64,000 bases of DNA, taken from the IMG/VR virus record IMGVR_UViG_3300020463_002275, positions 96,001-160,000 of that record; one strand, 5' to 3'. The translations under genes were made by a program, and so were the position numbers. Positions within the stretch are counted from its first letter, which is position 1. Every line of letters begins with the position of its first letter. The stretch is from a virus. This document shows, piece by piece, positions 36,001 to 45,738 of the stretch. The notes beneath the pieces are model-generated. The model saw only the letters and a list, made by a program, of their open reading frames with translations, did not search any database and was not told the origin of the DNA.

Positions 36001-37958
36001 GGGTAGCAGGTCATCCTGATGGTGTTAGTATTAGTACAGACGGAAATGGTTGGTCTCATACAGATAGAACTGGTAAAGGCGGATTTGTTGCTATTGGTTC
36101 CGGTGCTATTGCATTAGTTAACCCAGATGGAAATGTAAACACAGGTTCTCAAAGTTCAGACGGTGGTGCTACTTGGAATGATACAACTTGTGGTCTAAGT
36201 GCAACAAACACACTTACAGGACTAGCAGGACAAGATACTGTAAGTACCTTTATGGTAGGTACATATATCGACTCAGGAGGTCCATCAACTGGTGTAATTA
36301 GATCAACAGATGGTGGTAACAGTTGGGGTGCAGGCGGAACTTTACCAAACGCTGATTATTATACAGACGTTACTTATGGTAATGGAAAATTTGTAGCCAT
36401 TGCAGGTACAGCGGCTAATCCAAGTAATAATGCGGCATATTCGACAGACGATGGTTCAAATTGGACAGCAGTAACTCTTCCAGCAACAAGTGCTTGGTCA
36501 AAAATTATATATGCTAAAGATAGATTTGTTGCAATGACAGCAAAAACAGATAGTAGTACAGCAGAAACAGCAGTAAGTCATGACGGTATTACGTGGCATG
36601 CAGGAAGTATAGAACCAGGTGAATGGACTGGATTAGGATATGCACAAGGAACATTCTGTGCAGTCAAAAGTGATACAGGATCTCAATCAGATGTTGTTGC
36701 GTTTAGTAGAGACGGATATCATTGGAAAACAAAATTATTACCAGCAGGGTTTGAAACTCGTGCAGGTGTAGCAGGTGCAAGCACATCAAGTGATTGGATT
36801 GTTTTAACATCAGGTGAATCAAACGCTGATAAAATTACATATGGTACACAAGCACTTTGTAGACCAATTGTTGGTAGCGGAAGAATTGGAACATTTGTTT
36901 TGCATGAGCCAGGTGCTGGTTATACTGGCAATCCTACTGTAATTGTACATGATAATAAAAATGCATTAGATGTAACAACACGAGCAGAAGTTGCAAATGG
37001 AGTATTACCTCAACCCACTATGCAGAACAAAGGTACTGGTTACTTTAGATCATCAGCAGAAGTAACAGCAGGTGATGGTTATGCGGAAATTTTACAAATT
37101 GCAGATGAACTAATTTTAGAAAATATTAGTAAAGTTCCAGGACCTGGAGATAATATTAGTATTACAGGAATTGACGGAGTAACGTACTTTGTTGTTAAAA
37201 TAAAAGAACAGACAGGTATTCTAGGAAATTACAATTTAAAATTACAAATTAGTCCAAACTTAGGACGACAAGAAGCACCAGTGCATGGTGAAAGTATAAT
37301 TATTAGACAACAATATAGTCAAATACGTCTAACAGGACATGATTTCTTAGACATAGGTACTGGTAACTTTAGTAGAACAAATTATCCAGGACTCTATGTA
37401 TTTGGTTATAATCCAGATGAAAATGCAGAGCCAAAACAATTTAACGAAGTTTTACAATACGATGGCGGTCGTGTTTTCTACACAAGTACTGACCAAGATG
37501 GTAACTTTAGAGTAGGTGAACTATTTGAAGTTGAACAGTCAACAGGTACAATTAGCATTAATGCTAGTTTCTTTGAACTTGACGGTCTTGAAGAACTTAG
37601 ACTTGGTGGTGTTGTATTAGGTGGTACAGGAGCAGTTATTAGAGAATTTAGTACAGATCCAACATTTGCGGCAAATTCTAACAATATTGTACCAACACAG
37701 AGAGCAATCGGCAAATATGTAACAGCAAGAGTATCATCAGGTGGATCAGATCTTAAAGTTAACAGGCTAAATGCTGGTAATATTAGTTTTGAAGGTAACA
37801 AAATCTTTAAACCTTTAGGCGGAACTATTACATTTAATGCCCCAGTAAGTATTCAGGGCGGAGCAGGAACAGTTGGTGGTGATATGGCGGCACAAGCATA
37901 CTTTTCAGCAGGTAGTCCTGATGCACCAGGTGGATTTCCGGGAATGGGCGATGATTAA
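33045..37958 (+). CDS. Giant tail fibre-like protein: 8 CBM5/12-like repeats, beta-helix, Asp-box (BNR) propeller
   Basis: W-x5-Y-x3-D-x-V-x-YGG-x2-Y repeats; SxDGGxxW Asp-boxes ~35930-36830; STDQDGNFRVG. Confidence 0.75.
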   Translation: MAEFRIDRIRFNWKGPWVTGTAYRKDDVISYGGKVFVALQGHTASADFNTDLDFLVAGESTPKWEQMGDGKAWQGDWQPEAFYKVNDVVKYRGIIYVCIDSHTSASTLSSGLENDDGKWSPFAKGTNYLALWTASTIYKKNDLIKYGGQLYSCLVDHTSSTVEQGLEADQSKWATYNRSDNWQGAWLENTRYKVDDIVRYGGNVYRCIVGHTSNSDIREGIGSDLGDDSTAAKWELVVEGIEYKGDWSGAQWYKTNDIVRFGPNLYKAKRGMSGTDTFNDTADWDIWLPGLGFEEIWNPNEAYQPGDIVQYGGYTYTALTINIGSNPSAFGLEQDGVGADWEVLIRGYKMKGEWDISNNYAPGSVIRKGGYLYEALVNILANEVIEPGDPDTDTSSKWKLLVTGIAWKGEWKESQGTGEDSSFFQYYPGEVVMDESETYICKKQHYSNLYESRPRIDTDTLTGNDYYWTKYMGNNESSATNNVLRYRGDVRTYATKDDGSTLGTARLAIGNSGELLKVDEDTTLKYENLFEINKVWYVSTQGEDLPTSGKNPATPFKTIKYALQFLQGNLAERTPATVFVGTGAYKELLPMVIPKDVAVVGDELRSTVVMPADGYELDNMFYMHNGSGLRNLTLQGLTGTLGQPNDNLTRRPTAGAYVSLDPATGPADTYAHISTKSPYVQNVTTFGTGCIGMKVDGDLHSTGNKSIVANDFTQILSDGIGYWANGDGKSELVSVFTYYCHIGYLATAGGKVRALNGNNSYGEYGCVAEGYDIDEVPITGTVNNRSKEAQVYQTYTDNNEVHGVAYTHAGEGYTNATMTVTGNGQGASAIFNEFRNGAVRQVFVTEEDSNFIGGSNYTFKANKAQIGTTTTLTLSGAEDTTDPADYIGQRLFIYAGKGAGQYGRISDYNTVSKIASVEKEVNGEPGWEHVVGQPIQSSLNDTSRYYIEPRAVISEPSYQIQTLGLGGTTPAWNDIIRGTYSGQDIWVAGHPDGVSISTDGNGWSHTDRTGKGGFVAIGSGAIALVNPDGNVNTGSQSSDGGATWNDTTCGLSATNTLTGLAGQDTVSTFMVGTYIDSGGPSTGVIRSTDGGNSWGAGGTLPNADYYTDVTYGNGKFVAIAGTAANPSNNAAYSTDDGSNWTAVTLPATSAWSKIIYAKDRFVAMTAKTDSSTAETAVSHDGITWHAGSIEPGEWTGLGYAQGTFCAVKSDTGSQSDVVAFSRDGYHWKTKLLPAGFETRAGVAGASTSSDWIVLTSGESNADKITYGTQALCRPIVGSGRIGTFVLHEPGAGYTGNPTVIVHDNKNALDVTTRAEVANGVLPQPTMQNKGTGYFRSSAEVTAGDGYAEILQIADELILENISKVPGPGDNISITGIDGVTYFVVKIKEQTGILGNYNLKLQISPNLGRQEAPVHGESIIIRQQYSQIRLTGHDFLDIGTGNFSRTNYPGLYVFGYNPDENAEPKQFNEVLQYDGGRVFYTSTDQDGNFRVGELFEVEQSTGTISINASFFELDGLEELRLGGVVLGGTGAVIREFSTDPTFAANSNNIVPTQRAIGKYVTARVSSGGSDLKVNRLNAGNISFEGNKIFKPLGGTITFNAPVSIQGGAGTVGGDMAAQAYFSAGSPDAPGGFPGMGDD

Positions 37959-37996
37959 AGATAATGATAAATATAACGTATACGGTGGAGTAACCA

Positions 37997-40900
37997 ATGG
38001 CAGAATTTAAATTAGGTAGAATTAGATTTATTTGGAAAGACGAATGGTCTGAAGCAACCACTTACTACAAAGATGACGTGGTAAGATATGGCGGTAAAAC
38101 GTTTATGTGTGTAGTAGGACACATAGCCCAAACTGACTTTATGTTGGATTTAAATAATTCTACACCTAAGTGGCAACAGTTTGCAGACGGTCAAACTTGG
38201 AGAGGTGACTGGGCAACTGGTGCAGTTTATAGAATTAATGATATTGTAAAATATGGCGGACAACTTTACATTTGTAACACAGGACACATTTCAGACGCAA
38301 GTGCCATTGGCGGTTTGGAAAGTAATCTAGGTGATGATAGTACTGCAACATTTTGGGATTTATACGGTGAGGGCTTCGACTACAAAGGCAACTGGGCAAT
38401 CAACACACGTTATAAAGTAAATGATATTGTAAAATATGGATCTAGAATTTATATTTGTACAACTTTTCATGTAAGTGCTCCGAACACTACATCAGGATTA
38501 GAATTAAATCAAGCATCATGGGATATTATCAGTGATGGCTTCATGTGGAAAACAGATTGGACAACTGGTACACGTTACATAGTAGGCGACTTAGTTAAAT
38601 ATGGCGGACAAGTTTATTCATGTAATACTGGACATACTTCAGCGGCAACAGGTACAATTGGACTTGAAGCAGATCAAGCAAAGTGGGATTATTTCCATAA
38701 AGGTATTGAATACTTAGGCGAGTGGGCAAGCGGATATAGATATAAAATTAATGACGTTGTAAAAGATTCCGGTGGATTATGGATTTGTACAACTTATCAT
38801 ACTTCAACTGTTGCGGCAGATTTAAAAACTGATGAAGCAAACTGGGCACAATTTGTTCCAGGATTAGAATTTGAAGATAGTTGGGGACCTTATTCAGACT
38901 ATCAACCAGGTGACATTGTAACATACGGTGGATACACTTATGTTGCAAAAACAAATAACACAGAAAAACATCCAACAGATAATCCAAGTGACTGGGACGT
39001 ATTTGCAACTGGATTCAATTTAAGAGGCGACTATGGAGATGATAGTGCAAACCAAGATTATAGAACAGGTGATGTAGTTAGAGTAGGTGGATTTACTTAT
39101 CTTGCTATTGCAAATTCAAACGGTGTTAGACCGCCTAATACAACATATTGGGAAAAATTAAATGAAGGTGCAAATTGGAGAAACACTTGGACTGACGCAA
39201 CATATTATGACTTAGGCGATACTGTTCAACAAGGTGTGAATAGTTATATTGCAATACAATCACATACTTCAAGCAATGGAGTAAATGATCCTGCTAACGA
39301 CACAGGCGGATTATTTTGGAACTTTATGAGTGGTGGTGCTGAATCAGGCAACTTAACAACTGTTGGTGACATTGTTTACTACGGTGGTTCAGGTCCAGTA
39401 AGGTTACCAGTTGGTAAACCAGGACAAGTTTTAAAAGTTAACGATGCACAAACTGCACCTGAATGGACATACTTTGGATCAGTAAATCATGTTTATTATG
39501 TAGATACAGCAAGTGGTGTAGACGGTAAAACTCCAAACAGAGGTATTACATTAGACAGACCATTCAAGACAGTACGCTTTGCAACAGAACAAATTAGAGA
39601 TGGCTCTGTGTATCAAAATGATAGAATTTTATTAGAAGCAAATAGATCTTTCTTACAAGCAGAAGCAACAGAATGGGTAACATATCAAATAGCAAATTCT
39701 ATTGCACCGTTTGCAGGTTATACACACGATAAAGCAAAATGTGTAAGAGATATGGGACAACAAATAGATGCCGCCGCGTGGGATTTATCACATGGTGGTA
39801 ATGTAAGATCACGTGAAGCGGCTCTTTCATATTTCAAAGGTGATGGTTCTAGTTATATTGCAGGACAAACAGGTCAAACTGTTGCAACAATCAACTACAT
39901 GCTAAGTATTATACCAAACATTCTTGCAAAAACAGATCCTGCGGCAAATTACCAAGCACTAAACAGTGTTGCATCGCCAATTACACAACAAAAATTAACA
40001 GCATACGATCAAACACCAGGTACTGCTACGATTGTTGAAAACTTAATAAAACTTACAACAGCGGCAATTACAGCAGGAAACATAACTGGTGTTCCAGCAG
40101 AACTTCATGCACAAAAAACAATATTTGTAAAAACTGGAGAATATGAAGAAGTACTTCCAATTATTATTCCAGAAGATGTTGCTATTGTTGGCGACGAATT
40201 ACGTTCAACTAGAATTAAACCAGCACCAAGTCAAACAAGTGCGGCAGACGTTCCAAAAAGTATTGCGGCTATAACAAGAATAGAGGCTGTAGTAAGTAAT
40301 ATCGTACAAAACGTAGCAATTACAAAATCAACAGGTAACAGTGCAACACAAGTTACAACAAGACCAGCAGGAAATGCAAGTGCAGGTACAGCAACAGCAG
40401 GCTTGTTTAGAGAACTTGCTGATTATATTGATTGGGGTGTTAACGGTGTTAGTGGAGATAGTTCAGAACCTGCAGTGCGTGGTACAAACACACCAGAAAC
40501 ATCAACAGGATATACATATGCTGTTGAAGTATTAGAAGCAAACAGAGACTTTATTATTGCAGAAGTACATGCTTATATTGCAGTAACTTATCCAAGTTAC
40601 ACATATACACTAGCGGCTTGTGCAAGAGATGTTAACGCATATATTGATGGCGTCAAACATGATTTAATTTACAGTGGTAATTATAGAACATTACTAAACG
40701 GAAAATATTATGTACACTCAGTAGAAGGTAACTTGTTAAAAGATATGTTCTATGCACGTAACGGAACAGGTTTAAGAAACATGACATTTACAGGTTTAAC
40801 TGGAACACTTAGTGGTGCTAATAGTTATGGAACTAAACGTCCTTCATCAGGTGCGTATGTTTCATTAGACCCAGGTTGGGGACCAGCACATACAGATGCA

Positions 40901-43069
40901 TGGATTACTAACAAGTCACCTTACGTACAAAACGTAACTACATTCGGTACAGCATGTATTGGATTGAAAGTTGATGGTGATTTACATGATGGTGGTAATG
41001 ATTCAATTGTTGCTAATGACTTTACACAAATTTTAAGTGACGGTATTGGTTATTGGGTTACAAACTTAGGTAGATCAGAACTTGTTTCTGTGTTTACATA
41101 TTATAACCATATTGGTTACCTGGCAGAAAACGGTGGTAAGATTCGTGCTACAAACGGAAACAACTCATACGGAGACTTTGGTTCAGTTGCTGAAGGTATT
41201 GATATTACAGAAACACCAGTATTAGGTGTTGTTGATAACCAACAACTTGAAGCACAAATTTCAAATGTTGTTACAGATGGCGCAAATGAAATATTACAAC
41301 TAGAATATTCAAATGCTGGTACAGGATATACAACGGAAGCAACTACTGCAATTCTAACACTTACTAATATTATTAATAATGATCCTCTTAGAAAAGCAGG
41401 AACATACAAAGGTATTACAGGGTCAAGTGCAGGTTCAGGTTCAGGACAAGAATTCGATATTGAAATAACTTCAGTTGGTGGTGTTGTACCAACAGTAATC
41501 AAAGGCGGTACTGGACATGCAATCAATGATACAATAACAGTTAACGATTCACTACTAGGCGGTGGTGGCGCGGCTAACGTAACATTTGATGTTGAAACAA
41601 TTGGTGCGGCAACAAGATATACGCTTGCAGGTGAAGGTTTTGGAGCGGCAGTAAATACACCAGTTGTACGTAATGGCGGTGTGTTTGAAGTACAACTTGA
41701 TTCAGATTCAAGTGTATACGGCGGTGCTGGATTTGTTACTATTGCTTCTAATGCACAAGCAGGAAACACTACACAAATTACACTAGCGGCTACTGATATT
41801 AATCCAACAGGCACATACAACGGCATGATGATTTATCTTTTAAGTGGACTAGGTGCAGGACAATATGGTGTTATTTCAGCATTTAACGCGGCAACAAAAA
41901 TTGCAACTATTGTAAAAGAGTCAGATGGTACAGCGGGCTTTGAACATATTAAAGGTTCATCGATTGCGGCCACACTAGATGCAACAACAGCATATGATAT
42001 TACTCCAAGAGTAATATTTACAGCACCTACAAGTGGAACACGAGCAAGAGGTAGAGCAAGAGTTGCAGATGAAAAAGTTGTTGAAGTTAAAATTATTGAA
42101 CCAGGTAGCGGTTATACTGTTGCACCACAAATGACAATAGTTGATCCAAGTCACACAATTATGGTACCACACTCAGTTAGAATTGGTAACGGTGTGTTAG
42201 CACAACCTACTTACTCCAATAGGGGTACAGGATTTATTACTGCGGCGGCAGAAGTTGTAGGTGATGGATTTGCAGATATTAGACAAAGTGGCACAAAAAT
42301 TAGAATGGATGGCTTAGACGCTGTTCCTCAAAAAGGATCAAATGTAGAATTTGCAAGTTTACCAAACAGATGGTTCAAACTTGTAAGTGTTACAAATTTA
42401 TTAGGTAATAGTCCATATAGTGCATTGCTACAAATTAGTCCAGCATTATTAGCATCAGAAAGACCACCACACGATGACGTAATTACTATTAGAAGACGGT
42501 ATTCACAGGTGCGTTTGACAGGACACGATTTCTTAGATATTGGTACAGGTAACTTTGCAAATACAAATTATCCAGGAACACCTTTAGTAGACCCACAACC
42601 AACATATGAAACTAATGATTTTGGTGGAGGAAGAGTGTTCTACACAAGTACAGACCAAGATGGTAACTTTAGAGTAGGTGGACTGTTTAACGTTGAGCAG
42701 GCTACTGGTATTGCAACATTGAATGTTGAAGCGTTTAATATTTCAGGATTGAACGAATTACAACTAGGTAGTGTTGCACTTGGTGGTGCAGGAGCAGTTA
42801 TTACTGAATTTAGTACAGATGGTACGTTTAGTGCTGATAGTGATAATGTTGTTCCAACACAAAAAGCAATCAAAACATATATTACATCACAAATTGGTGG
42901 TGGTGTTGCTACACTTAACGTTAACAGTGTAACAGCAGGTGTGATTGAAGTAACTCAAAACCAAATATCAACGACAGACGGCGGTAGGATAAATATACTT
43001 AACGCAGTAAACTTTAAAGGCGGAATAGACGGTGCTCCAGTAGCATTAAGTATGTTCCTAAACAATTAA
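37997..43069 (+). CDS. Giant tail fibre-like protein (paralog of 33045) with helical KCxRD domains
   Basis: MAEFKLGRIRF N-terminus, 8 CBM-like repeats, shared beta-helix blocks. Confidence 0.75.
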   Translation: MAEFKLGRIRFIWKDEWSEATTYYKDDVVRYGGKTFMCVVGHIAQTDFMLDLNNSTPKWQQFADGQTWRGDWATGAVYRINDIVKYGGQLYICNTGHISDASAIGGLESNLGDDSTATFWDLYGEGFDYKGNWAINTRYKVNDIVKYGSRIYICTTFHVSAPNTTSGLELNQASWDIISDGFMWKTDWTTGTRYIVGDLVKYGGQVYSCNTGHTSAATGTIGLEADQAKWDYFHKGIEYLGEWASGYRYKINDVVKDSGGLWICTTYHTSTVAADLKTDEANWAQFVPGLEFEDSWGPYSDYQPGDIVTYGGYTYVAKTNNTEKHPTDNPSDWDVFATGFNLRGDYGDDSANQDYRTGDVVRVGGFTYLAIANSNGVRPPNTTYWEKLNEGANWRNTWTDATYYDLGDTVQQGVNSYIAIQSHTSSNGVNDPANDTGGLFWNFMSGGAESGNLTTVGDIVYYGGSGPVRLPVGKPGQVLKVNDAQTAPEWTYFGSVNHVYYVDTASGVDGKTPNRGITLDRPFKTVRFATEQIRDGSVYQNDRILLEANRSFLQAEATEWVTYQIANSIAPFAGYTHDKAKCVRDMGQQIDAAAWDLSHGGNVRSREAALSYFKGDGSSYIAGQTGQTVATINYMLSIIPNILAKTDPAANYQALNSVASPITQQKLTAYDQTPGTATIVENLIKLTTAAITAGNITGVPAELHAQKTIFVKTGEYEEVLPIIIPEDVAIVGDELRSTRIKPAPSQTSAADVPKSIAAITRIEAVVSNIVQNVAITKSTGNSATQVTTRPAGNASAGTATAGLFRELADYIDWGVNGVSGDSSEPAVRGTNTPETSTGYTYAVEVLEANRDFIIAEVHAYIAVTYPSYTYTLAACARDVNAYIDGVKHDLIYSGNYRTLLNGKYYVHSVEGNLLKDMFYARNGTGLRNMTFTGLTGTLSGANSYGTKRPSSGAYVSLDPGWGPAHTDAWITNKSPYVQNVTTFGTACIGLKVDGDLHDGGNDSIVANDFTQILSDGIGYWVTNLGRSELVSVFTYYNHIGYLAENGGKIRATNGNNSYGDFGSVAEGIDITETPVLGVVDNQQLEAQISNVVTDGANEILQLEYSNAGTGYTTEATTAILTLTNIINNDPLRKAGTYKGITGSSAGSGSGQEFDIEITSVGGVVPTVIKGGTGHAINDTITVNDSLLGGGGAANVTFDVETIGAATRYTLAGEGFGAAVNTPVVRNGGVFEVQLDSDSSVYGGAGFVTIASNAQAGNTTQITLAATDINPTGTYNGMMIYLLSGLGAGQYGVISAFNAATKIATIVKESDGTAGFEHIKGSSIAATLDATTAYDITPRVIFTAPTSGTRARGRARVADEKVVEVKIIEPGSGYTVAPQMTIVDPSHTIMVPHSVRIGNGVLAQPTYSNRGTGFITAAAEVVGDGFADIRQSGTKIRMDGLDAVPQKGSNVEFASLPNRWFKLVSVTNLLGNSPYSALLQISPALLASERPPHDDVITIRRRYSQVRLTGHDFLDIGTGNFANTNYPGTPLVDPQPTYETNDFGGGRVFYTSTDQDGNFRVGGLFNVEQATGIATLNVEAFNISGLNELQLGSVALGGAGAVITEFSTDGTFSADSDNVVPTQKAIKTYITSQIGGGVATLNVNSVTAGVIEVTQNQISTTDGGRINILNAVNFKGGIDGAPVALSMFLNN

Positions 43070-43081
43070 CGGAGAAAGTAA

Positions 43082-43402
43082 ATGGCAACAGGAAGAATAG
43101 GCGCATCAGATTTATCAGGAGGAGCAAATACTACAGTGTATACGTGTCCTACAGATAACTATGCGGTTGCAAGTATAAACCTTTGCAACAGAGGAAACCA
43201 GGCAACGTCAATAAGAATTGCTGTTGCCGCTTTGGATACACCAGTAAATGGTGAATACATTGAGTACGACACTGAATTACTGTCCAAAGGTGTCCTAGAA
43301 CGAACAGGTATCGTGCTAGCCGCAGGACAAAAAATTGTATGTTACGCTTCAGGGGCTAACATATCAGCAGTCGCTATGGGCATTGAAACGTCTACAGCAT
43401 AA
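43082..43402 (+). CDS. Small beta-rich virion protein
   Basis: 106 aa; YTCP..YAV.SINLCN pattern, paralog family of 20271/31957. Confidence 0.6.
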   Translation: MATGRIGASDLSGGANTTVYTCPTDNYAVASINLCNRGNQATSIRIAVAALDTPVNGEYIEYDTELLSKGVLERTGIVLAAGQKIVCYASGANISAVAMGIETSTA

Positions 43403-43425
43403 ATACATAGGAGAAGGATAAAACC

Positions 43426-43758
43426 ATGGGAAGATATATAACAACAATAGGTACTGCTGGTGCTACTACTAAAGAAGTTAGTACAACATTCAGTGCCACG
43501 GTAAATGATAGAATATTAGCAAATACTGCTAGTAGTGCATACACTATTACATTACCAGCCAACGCTTCGTTGTTAGATGGCGATATAGTACAAATTATTG
43601 ACATCTCAAACAATGCGGCAAGTAATAATCTTACTATAGGTAGAAACGGAAGTTTAATGAACGGTGCCGCAGAAAATCTAACTATTGACGTTAGTGGCGC
43701 TATCGTAACTTTAATTTACTCAGGTTCTACATATGGTTGGATAATTGGCTCGGTATAA
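43426..43758 (+). CDS. Small virion structural protein
   Basis: TITLPAN...GDIVQIID...NLTIGRNG...LIY..STYGW fibre module. Confidence 0.6.
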   Translation: MGRYITTIGTAGATTKEVSTTFSATVNDRILANTASSAYTITLPANASLLDGDIVQIIDISNNAASNNLTIGRNGSLMNGAAENLTIDVSGAIVTLIYSGSTYGWIIGSV

Positions 43759-43770
43759 TAGGAGAAGTAC

Positions 43771-44727
43771 ATGGCATCATTAGAAGCATTAATCAAAGCG
43801 AAATCACCTAGTTCAGCAGAGGACAACTTAGAAACAGGTAGAATTTACAGTTTCACTGAAGGTAATACTTACACCAAGTTTTGTAAGTGTTCATGCTGGT
43901 GTCCATGTTCAAACGGTACTGCAATAATTGAAGTTTGGGGCGCAGGCGGCTCAGGCGCAAAGATGTGTTGCTGTGGTAATGGATTACCAGGTAACTCAGG
44001 CGCATATTCAAAAACAACAAAAGTAATGACAACATCAGATTACATGTACGGTTGTACAGGGTTTGCATGTGGTAACTCAGACGCACTATGTTTTAGAGGT
44101 TGCTCAGAACCAACAGCGGTTTGTATGGTAGCGGCCGCAGGAAACAGTTGTATGTGTGCCAGAGGCGGCAAAGGTGGAGTAAGTATTTGCTCAACATCAC
44201 CAAGCATGTACTGTTGCTTTAGAGCAAACGGATTTTGTTATACTAACACAGGACCAAACTGTGGTACAATATGTAATCAGTGTAGCGGACAATGGGACGC
44301 TATTGCATATGGTGGAGATTTAAACAGATGTGGAAACATATCATGCATGGGCTTTCATGGTTGCTATCCGTCATGTGTATGTTTATTTAGAGGCATGGTT
44401 GCGTTTCCTCCAGGAATGATTGCAGAGTGCGGTGGAGTTGTACAATACGGTATGTCAGATGACTCATCACACTCACGTTGGTCAGGAATGGGACAATTTG
44501 AAGCAACTGCCGCAATTAACGGTACAGGTAGATCACCAGGTCAAGGGTTAACATGGAAAGCATGTTACCAAGGTGATACTAGTTGTGGTTGTTATAATAC
44601 AAACGGTTGTCAAAGTACAATGCCATATGGCGTAGGTGGTCCAGGACCTCAACCTTGTCCAGGCGTGAGAGATCACGCAACACGTGGTGGTATGGGTGCA
44701 ATTAGAATTAAGTTTATAGAAAGTTAG
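43771..44727 (+). CDS. Cys-rich glycine-rich-domain virion protein (paralog 2)
   Basis: 318 aa, 33 Cys. Confidence 0.7.
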   Translation: MASLEALIKAKSPSSAEDNLETGRIYSFTEGNTYTKFCKCSCWCPCSNGTAIIEVWGAGGSGAKMCCCGNGLPGNSGAYSKTTKVMTTSDYMYGCTGFACGNSDALCFRGCSEPTAVCMVAAAGNSCMCARGGKGGVSICSTSPSMYCCFRANGFCYTNTGPNCGTICNQCSGQWDAIAYGGDLNRCGNISCMGFHGCYPSCVCLFRGMVAFPPGMIAECGGVVQYGMSDDSSHSRWSGMGQFEATAAINGTGRSPGQGLTWKACYQGDTSCGCYNTNGCQSTMPYGVGGPGPQPCPGVRDHATRGGMGAIRIKFIES

Positions 44728-44742
44728 GAACAGGAGTAGAAT

Positions 44743-45699
44743 ATGCCAGGATTAAAAGCATTATTAGCAAGCAGAGCGTCCCCGTTCACTGAGACAAACC
44801 TTGAAAAAGGTAAGGTATGGTCGTACTCTAACATTGCTACATATTCAACGTATCCAGGTTGCTTTTGTTGGATATCACCAGGATCAGGAGCAGTTACATT
44901 AGAAGTATGGGGTGCAGGCGGAGGCGGTTCGAGAATGTGTTGTTGTTCAGCAACAATATCAGGTAACTCAGGCGCATACGCAAGAAAAGAACTTACAGTA
45001 GCATCAGGCTGTTGGATCTGCGGACACGCAGGCAAAAGTTGTCGAAATGGTAGTCTCTGTCATAGAGGCTGTTCAGAACCAGGCAAAGTTTGTTGGACAG
45101 GTAACAGCGGATCAAATGGCTGTATGTGTGCTCAGGGCGGTTGGTCAGGAGCAAGTTGGTGTACAACAGGAACTGCACGTAGATGTTGTTTCTCAGCAAA
45201 CAGTTGGTGCTATACAGGATACAGTGGCTATTGTGGTCTTGTATGTAATGCATGTAACAACAGTTGGAAAAACAGTGCATACGGCGGAGATATCAATCGA
45301 GGCGGTGTAAACAGTTGTGTAACTTTTTGGCATTGTTATCCAAACTGTAACTGTTCAACTATCCATCACACTGCATTGCCACCAGGCATGTTTAGTGAAT
45401 GTGGCGGTGTTGCATCTTATAGTTTAGATGATGATAACGGTCACGGTAGATGGTCTGGACAGGCACTAAATGGTTACCAATCGGCACTAAATTCTCTGTC
45501 AAGAATGCCAGGCGGTGGTACATATTGGTCAAACTGTTGGAACGGTGTTCGAGCATGTGGTTGTTATGATACGCAGGGTTGTTCAATGTATGTGCCACAC
45601 GGTTCAGGTGGTCCAGCGGCGACTCCATGTTCGGGTGTTAGAGATAACGGCTGGGCAGGTGGCGATGCCTTAATTAGAATCAAATACTTAGAATCTTAA
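44743..45699 (+). CDS. Cys-rich glycine-rich-domain virion protein (paralog 3)
   Basis: 318 aa, 30 Cys. Confidence 0.7.
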   Translation: MPGLKALLASRASPFTETNLEKGKVWSYSNIATYSTYPGCFCWISPGSGAVTLEVWGAGGGGSRMCCCSATISGNSGAYARKELTVASGCWICGHAGKSCRNGSLCHRGCSEPGKVCWTGNSGSNGCMCAQGGWSGASWCTTGTARRCCFSANSWCYTGYSGYCGLVCNACNNSWKNSAYGGDINRGGVNSCVTFWHCYPNCNCSTIHHTALPPGMFSECGGVASYSLDDDNGHGRWSGQALNGYQSALNSLSRMPGGGTYWSNCWNGVRACGCYDTQGCSMYVPHGSGGPAATPCSGVRDNGWAGGDALIRIKYLES

Positions 45700-45738
45700 T
45701 GGAAATCTTAATAAATAAAGAGTAATGGAGATATAGAA

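Noticed and set aside
33045-43069. Diversity-generating retroelement VR/TR pair between fibre paralogs
   Set aside because: Differences are not adenine-specific, both copies are coding, and there is no reverse transcriptase in the window.
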